24,055 nucleotides of DNA, from contig JBHICG010000054.1 of assembly GCA_046759445.1 (NCBI GenBank), positions 1 to 24,055 on the forward strand, given 5' to 3'. The position numbers and the translations under genes are program-made. Of this stretch, positions 18,970 through 24,055 are shown piece by piece (positions within the stretch are counted from its first letter, which is position 1; every line of letters begins with the position of its first letter). The notes under the pieces were generated by a model. It had not been told where the DNA came from. It saw only the letters and a program-made list of their open reading frames with translations, and did no database searches. The stretch comes from Candidatus Scalinduaceae bacterium (GTDB taxonomy: Bacteria > Planctomycetota > Brocadiia > Brocadiales > Scalinduaceae).

Positions 18970-19140
18970 ATCTAAATTGAGCGATTTGTGTAGCCGCAAC
19001 CTTTAGGTTGCGTAACTTACGTGAAATCTTCATATACCCATCAGGTGATGAGAAACGCAGGCTTATCCCGTTGCTAATATCTACGGGACTTAAGCACTGC
19101 GGCTACAGTAATATATAATATAAAATCGCTCAATTTAGGT
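18970..19140. mobile_element. MITE-like element with terminal inverted repeats enclosing an inverted pair of GTAG-type REP hairpins
   Basis: CTAAATTGAGCGATTT (18972-18987) / AAATCGCTCAATTTAG (19123-19138). TTCAA on both flanks (18966-70, 19140-44). Inner TGTAGCCGCA / TGCGGCTACA. Confidence 0.8.
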
Positions 19141-19513
19141 TCAACTATATCCACAAACTCTTAGTGAAAAAAAATGTTGTTTTCACTTGATTCTCTCAAT
19201 TAGTTTTAGGGGTCAATTTTTGGCCGACTCCCATTTTCAATTCCAGACTCCTCCATTAGAGGAGCGTAATAAATAGAAGCTATCCCTGTTTGAATTCAAA
19301 CAACATGATACTTGCACTCCCATATAGTATGTGATAAACTCTTTTTCATCCCTGTCCGTCCAGTACGCTCATGCCCTGTAAAATAGTTTTAAAAGGAAGA
19401 TTTCACTGGGCAGGCAAATGATACATTTTGGTAATTTGATAGTCTTGTGATTTTTTTAAGCTATCTCATTTTGTTTCATGTGTTTTCAATTTGCTTTAAA
19501 TAAAAGTTAAATT

Positions 19514-19588
19514 AGATTCTTCGCTCCGTTCAGAATGACACTTTTATCACAACGATGTAATTCTGAGGAATGGAGTGACGAAGAATCT
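19514..19588. repeat. Inverted REP-like pair
   Basis: AGATTCTTCGCTCCGTTCAGAATGACA pairs with TGTAATTCTGAGGAATGGAGTGACGAAGAATCT. Confidence 0.7.
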
Positions 19589-19593
19589 TAACT

Positions 19594-20475
19594 TTGAAAT
19601 TTCTAAACATTAAAATATCAGTGAATACATTAGTAAACATTATAAAACGGCTTCGCCTCAACGGAACGAAAGTCTTTTTTGTCATGGGTCTGGTAGTATC
19701 TTTTGCTTTGCCCGCATATACCCAGGAGAATTTGTGGAAGGAACTAAATGACAAAGCTACTACACTTCTGGAACAAAGGAGATATGCAGATGCAATAAAA
19801 GTGGGTGAAGAGGCATTAAAGGTTGCAGAGGAAACATTTGATTCTGACCATCCCAATATTGCTACTTCCATGAACCTGCTGGGAATGCTTTATCGAACCT
19901 ATGGCAGATTTACCGAAGCTGAGCCTCTCTTTATGCAGGCACTCGGAATTTATAAAGAAACACTTGGTTCAGACCATCACAAAGTTGCTGCCGTTCTGCA
20001 GAATTTAGCGGAAATGTTTCTGGCTCAAGATAAATATGCTGAAGCAGAGCCTATCTACGAGCAATCTCTTAATATATACGAGAGTGTGTTTGGTCCTGAC
20101 CATCCTGGTGTTGTTACAGTCCTGAACGGTTTGGGAGGGCTTTATCAAGACCAGGGTAAATATGCTGAAGCGGTACCTCTATACGAGCGAGCATTGAGAA
20201 TCGAAGAAAAAATCCTTGATTCAGACCATCCCAACATTGCCTCAGCACTGAACAATCTGGCAACGCTTTATTACTACCAGGGTGAAAACACTATGGCTGA
20301 GCGTCTTTATAAACGGGCACTTGAAATATATGAAAAAGCCTATGGTAAAGACCACCCTTTAATTGCAACCGTGCTGGTGAACATGGCAGATTTTTATGAG
20401 GATACTGGAAGGAAAGACGAAGCGGAGAAATTAAAAGAAAGAGTAAGAAGGATTTATTCAAAATACCAGAGATAA
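19594..20475 (+). CDS. Exported tetratricopeptide-repeat protein (42-aa kinesin-light-chain-type TPRs); true start probably downstream of 19594
   Basis: Repeats of DHP..A..LNNLA.LY..QG.Y.EAEPLYERAL.I.E. Signal-peptide-like FFVMGLVVSFALPAYT. Confidence 0.9.
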   Translation: MKFLNIKISVNTLVNIIKRLRLNGTKVFFVMGLVVSFALPAYTQENLWKELNDKATTLLEQRRYADAIKVGEEALKVAEETFDSDHPNIATSMNLLGMLYRTYGRFTEAEPLFMQALGIYKETLGSDHHKVAAVLQNLAEMFLAQDKYAEAEPIYEQSLNIYESVFGPDHPGVVTVLNGLGGLYQDQGKYAEAVPLYERALRIEEKILDSDHPNIASALNNLATLYYYQGENTMAERLYKRALEIYEKAYGKDHPLIATVLVNMADFYEDTGRKDEAEKLKERVRRIYSKYQR

Positions 20476-20519
20476 AATAAGCAATAAAATTCTTCAGGAT
20501 AAACAGGGCGCTGTTTACC

Positions 20520-22418
20520 CTATTTACCCTTTGCGTTTATTTCACTCGCTTCATTAAGTTTAAGATATTCTTCCGGAGCCTTTAAACTCAAACCTTTGGC
20601 ATATGTTTTAACTAAGCGATTGCTCTGTTCGTCGAAACTTATACTTCCTATGAGACATGATTCAGCTACTTCTGGATGGATACTCTTCAAACGTAGATAG
20701 TTATTACTCGTCCACTTGAGAATCACCTTGTGAAGATAGTAGTAATTTCTGTCTAATCCTTTTCTCTCTCCGATTTTCAGACCCATGACGTTCAGACAAA
20801 ACCCCAATATTCTTGAAGACTTATAGTTTGGGATTTTCTCCAACTGGAGTATTTCATCGTATAGCAAGCGACGTAGCTTAAAGTGGATAATTTCCCATGC
20901 TTTTCCCTCGTCATCACCATATAGGCCAAAAAATTCACTCCACACAGCGTTGTGATGAATATGCCAGCATTCATCTGGCGGTGATGTTACAGAAGCAGCG
21001 GAAAATATGATTTCAAACATAAGGTCTGCGATGTGGTCGTAAAAGTCCTGATAGCTCCGACTGCCTCGTACCCGCAAATTAGTTGAGGGAAGATTCTGTT
21101 GCTGGCCTATAAGGTTTATCGCCTTTTTTACAAAACCAACGGCAGTCCTGAGCCTCTTGAAGATATCCGTAGAATAGTGGTCTGAAGGGGTATCATTAAG
21201 TTCGTAAACATCGCGGCAAGAGTTCTTGATATTCTCAAGAGCGCGATACAGGGTAATGGAGTGCAGACTCCAGCTGCCACTTTCAAGGTAGCTTTTCAGG
21301 GTAATCAATACGGCTCTTGAATAAACTTCGAGTTGTGATGAATCCCATGACCAAACTAACTCAAAGTGTATATCAAGCGGAGTTCTGTGATCGGATCCAA
21401 GCGCTTCAACCAGTCGATAGTTGCCGTAGATGGCTTGACTGAATGGCTTTAGATAGCCAATCAATCCAGACCTGTAACCTTCATCCTCATGGTATAATAT
21501 CGAATCCTTGTTGGTAATCGCCTCTGTAGAAATGTTTTCGGCAAATTGTCCGATAGGAAGATTATATTTCTTATTGATTTCCATGGCTTCGAAAAAAGCT
21601 ATTGCTGTTACAGGTGATGAAGCAACGATATGTCTGCATAGCTTTCGGTTGCCGATCAACAATAGTACATCATATGCATAATCACCGTCATTGTGCTTAA
21701 GCTTTCTTTCTTCCCCTTTCTCTTTGTTATCATTTCCCCACCTGGGTGGATTTTGTTTGGAAAGTTTCACTAGAAGTTCTGCTGACCTCGCCAACTCATC
21801 CGCAATAACAGGTAAATCGCTGTCTGATCCTTTCAAAATTACTCTATACAACGCACTGGCAAACTTTCGATAGTTTTTTTTGCAGAATATCGGAGGGTTG
21901 ATGAAAGCGTAGTATATCCACATCATGGCAAGTAAGAGAAAAATAGAACCAAACACTCCCTGCCATATGGACTGGCTAATAAGAAAATTTGGTATTAGCC
22001 ATCGCTCTGCAAACCAGATGTCTGTCAGCAGCGTTCCAAAGCCGATAATTCCTATGAGGTAGAAGGTCAGTGGAAAAAGAGGAATAGGTGCTACTGCGAC
22101 ACGGAATCGATAACGTATACCTGATATTGTGTAGACAATAACCAAAAGCGCCAGCGCCGAAATAAATTGAGCAAAGCCAAATATCGGCGACTCCAAGCCA
22201 CTTGGGGGCTTTACAAAATAAATTCCCAGATTGGCTTTTTCATTTCTTTCCTTGATAGACTTATCATCTGTCTTAATCGTAATTGTATCACCATCCTGCA
22301 CAGAAACAACCTTGCCGTTGACAAATGGTGTAACGTTAGATTCTGCCTGGCAAAGATTTACCGGTAGGAATATTAAGATTATTGATATGATTAAAGAATA
22401 ATTACTGAGCATATACAA
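20520..22418 (-). CDS. Hypothetical membrane protein with an N-terminal thermonuclease (SNase) fragment
   Basis: Signal peptide, then GKVVSVQDGDTITI, then three TM helices and a large helical domain. Long open frame. ATG at 22412 is an alternative start. Confidence 0.75.
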   Translation of the reverse strand: MYMLSNYSLIISIILIFLPVNLCQAESNVTPFVNGKVVSVQDGDTITIKTDDKSIKERNEKANLGIYFVKPPSGLESPIFGFAQFISALALLVIVYTISGIRYRFRVAVAPIPLFPLTFYLIGIIGFGTLLTDIWFAERWLIPNFLISQSIWQGVFGSIFLLLAMMWIYYAFINPPIFCKKNYRKFASALYRVILKGSDSDLPVIADELARSAELLVKLSKQNPPRWGNDNKEKGEERKLKHNDGDYAYDVLLLIGNRKLCRHIVASSPVTAIAFFEAMEINKKYNLPIGQFAENISTEAITNKDSILYHEDEGYRSGLIGYLKPFSQAIYGNYRLVEALGSDHRTPLDIHFELVWSWDSSQLEVYSRAVLITLKSYLESGSWSLHSITLYRALENIKNSCRDVYELNDTPSDHYSTDIFKRLRTAVGFVKKAINLIGQQQNLPSTNLRVRGSRSYQDFYDHIADLMFEIIFSAASVTSPPDECWHIHHNAVWSEFFGLYGDDEGKAWEIIHFKLRRLLYDEILQLEKIPNYKSSRILGFCLNVMGLKIGERKGLDRNYYYLHKVILKWTSNNYLRLKSIHPEVAESCLIGSISFDEQSNRLVKTYAKGLSLKAPEEYLKLNEASEINAKGK

Positions 22419-22931
22419 CAGCGCCTATTTAATTTGTATGGTAATTAACACGTTATTATATAGTTTCTATATAGTAACTAATTTTATTAAATATTTGGCA
22501 AATTTCAAGCCTTTACTAAGAACAAAGACCCTCAATTGTTATCTTCCTGTTATGTAAAGGAGTTTTTAAGTTCCTTGGTTGTTAAACGGATGGTATATTA
22601 TCCATATCATATAAAGAGACAAAAAGTCTTCCTTGTTTTAACCGGTATTGATATACTTTGGCTACTGGTAAGTTCTCAATAAGTAGAGGAATTGCACGTA
22701 AATATAAGTAATAATCGTTATTCGGTAGTGGTTGAGTAGCTCGAAACTTCATTCGTCTTGCGGTTGCGACTTTTTTTTTTACGTTCAACCATAAGCGTCA
22801 ACCGATTCCAATGGCCTCAGGCGGCAGTCGGGATGCTGGCTATTTTACAAAATAAAATTACTCCAAAATAGCCAGAAGTTATATACATTGATATTTCGGT
22901 TGACATGACAGATATTTCAAGGTAAACTTAG
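22418..22931 (+). repeat. Tandem non-coding unit, copy 1 (candidate structured RNA/regulatory element)
   Basis: Colinear with 22942..23538; both copies start ACAGCGCCTATTTAATTTGTATGG, 524 bp apart. Confidence 0.92.
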
Positions 22932-22941
22932 ATTAATAGGG

Positions 22942-23538
22942 ACAGCGCCTATTTAATTTGTATGGTAATTAACACGTTATTATACAGTTTCTGTATAGTA
23001 GCGAATTTTATTAAATATATGACAAATTTCAAGCTTTACTAAAAACAAAGACCCTCAATTGTTATTTTCTTGTGATGTAAAGGAGTCTTTAGGTTTTTTA
23101 GCGAAAAACGGATGGTATATTATCTATACCATTAAAGAGACAAAAAGCCTTCCTTATTTTAACCTGGATTGATATACTTTGGCTACTGGTAAGTTCTCAA
23201 TAAGTAGAGGAATTGCACGTAAATATAAGTAATAATTGTTATTCGGCCGGCCCTGTTAAATAGACAAATAATAGAAAACATATTATTTCTATTTGTCTTA
23301 GATCAGATATAAACATTTGATAATATGTACTTATTTAACAGGGTAAATAGCTCGAAACGTCATTCGTCTTGCGGTTGCGACTTTTTTACGTTCAACCATA
23401 AACGTCAACCGATTCCAATGACCTCAGGCGGCAGTCGGGATGCTGGCTATTTTACAAAATAAAATTACTCCAAAATAGTCAGAAGTTATATACCTTGATA
23501 TTTCGGTTGACATGACCGAATTTTCAAGGCAAGCTCAG
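22942..23538 (+). repeat. Tandem non-coding unit, copy 2 (contains a ~95-bp insertion)
   Basis: Aligned by eye to copy 1 along its whole length except 23250-23347. Confidence 0.92.
23251..23343. mobile_element. Small palindromic MITE/REP insertion in repeat copy 2
   Basis: Terminal IR CCCTGTTAAATA / TATTTAACAGGG; inner IR AGACAAATA / TATTTGTCT; absent from copy 1. Confidence 0.82.
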
Positions 23539-23580
23539 GAATGCATTTATGATATTAGAAGCTAGATGCGGGATGGTTAT

Positions 23581-23607
23581 TCGTTCCAACGCGTTTGTCT
23601 TGGAACG
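23581..23607. repeat. REP-like hairpin
   Basis: CGTTCCAA-N10-TTGGAACG. Confidence 0.45.
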
Positions 23608-23769
23608 CGCGTTATTAAGTTAAAGGCCCGCCAAAAGCACGCCGGGCAAACTGGATTTTCGCTACAGCGATCCCTCCAGCTTCATTTAACCTTTATGATT
23701 TTACAGTAGACTTATTCAATAATATATAATATATTTCAATATAGTTAATTCTTAAAAAGGAGGTCTACA

Positions 23770-23961
23770 ATGCAATCACTCAAATATGTCCATTGGCAAG
23801 ATGGCGAGTTTTTTTTAGGTCATTTTGTCGATTATCCTGATTATTTAACTCAAGGCATATCTTTAGAAGAATTAAAAGAAAATCTTGAAAGTTTGTATAA
23901 GGATTTAATCAGCAAAGAAATACCTTACTTAAAAAAGGTTGATGAACTTAAAATAGCTTAA
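23770..23961 (+). CDS. hicB: HicB-family antitoxin (short form, no DNA-binding domain)
   Basis: YVHWQDGEFFLGHFVDYPDYLTQGISLEELKENL partial RNase H fold. RBS AAGGAGG upstream. Confidence 0.88.
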   Translation: MQSLKYVHWQDGEFFLGHFVDYPDYLTQGISLEELKENLESLYKDLISKEIPYLKKVDELKIA

Positions 23962-24055
23962 TGAAGAGACCTGATCAAAACTATTGAAGGTCTTGGTTGT
24001 TATTTGGTAAGGCATGGTGGTAAACATGATTGGTATACAAATCCCAAAACAAAGA
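23961..24055 (+). pseudogene. hicA: HicA-family toxin, frameshifted after codon 3 and truncated by the window edge
   Basis: TAATG coupling to hicB. ATG AAG AGA C|CTG ATC AAA...; the shifted frame reads LIKTIEGLGCYLVRHGGKHDWYTNPKTK, while the ATG frame stops after 8 codons. Confidence 0.82.

Noticed and set aside
1853..22367. Antisense or overlapping ORFs in the track (e.g. 1853..2176, 3335..3736, 9333..9779, 13665..14033, 13992..14318, 19530..19871)
   Set aside because: They are shadows of well-supported genes on the opposite strand and show no motifs of their own.
22582..22788. 68-aa minus-strand ORF in repeat copy 1
   Set aside because: The frame is not preserved in copy 2 (different T-run length, insertion), it has no RBS and it resembles no protein I recognise.
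22800..22835. GCCTCAGGCGGCAGTCGGGA resembles the 3' end of 6S RNA
   Set aside because: No complementary 5' strand at a 6S-like distance, so the rod structure cannot be built.
22418..23538. CRISPR array or IS element as an explanation of the tandem repeat
   Set aside because: Only two long units, with no short repeat-spacer periodicity, no cas or transposase ORF, and no terminal IRs.

Overview
AT-rich bacterial chromosomal window. The gene set and repeat style suggest an anammox-type planctomycete (Brocadiales/Scalindua-like), but this is an impression and is not proven. Left: a truncated rubrerythrin/ferritin-like gene, an overlapping ftsH-htrA(degP)-scpB operon and an AsmA-like gene. Middle: a minus-strand accessory cluster of three mutually homologous unknown lipoproteins, a class-3 lipase and a frameshifted metallophosphoesterase, preceded by a sigma-54 promoter and two palindromic enhancer-like sites. 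Next come a 70-aa orphan with a sigma-28-type promoter, nnrE, and a sulfur neighbourhood: a SAM-I riboswitch ahead of a threonine-synthase-like enzyme and a ubiquitin-like sulfur carrier with a tail after its GG, then DUF1015 and cysC. These are followed by a Tat-exported superoxide-reductase-like protein, a patch of REP/MITE elements and a TPR protein. Right end: a chimeric thermonuclease-fragment/membrane-protein gene bracketed by REP-like hairpins, two diverged tandem copies of a ~510-bp non-coding unit whose differences conserve base pairing (candidate undescribed structured RNA; copy 2 carries a small inserted element), and hicB with a frameshifted hicA.
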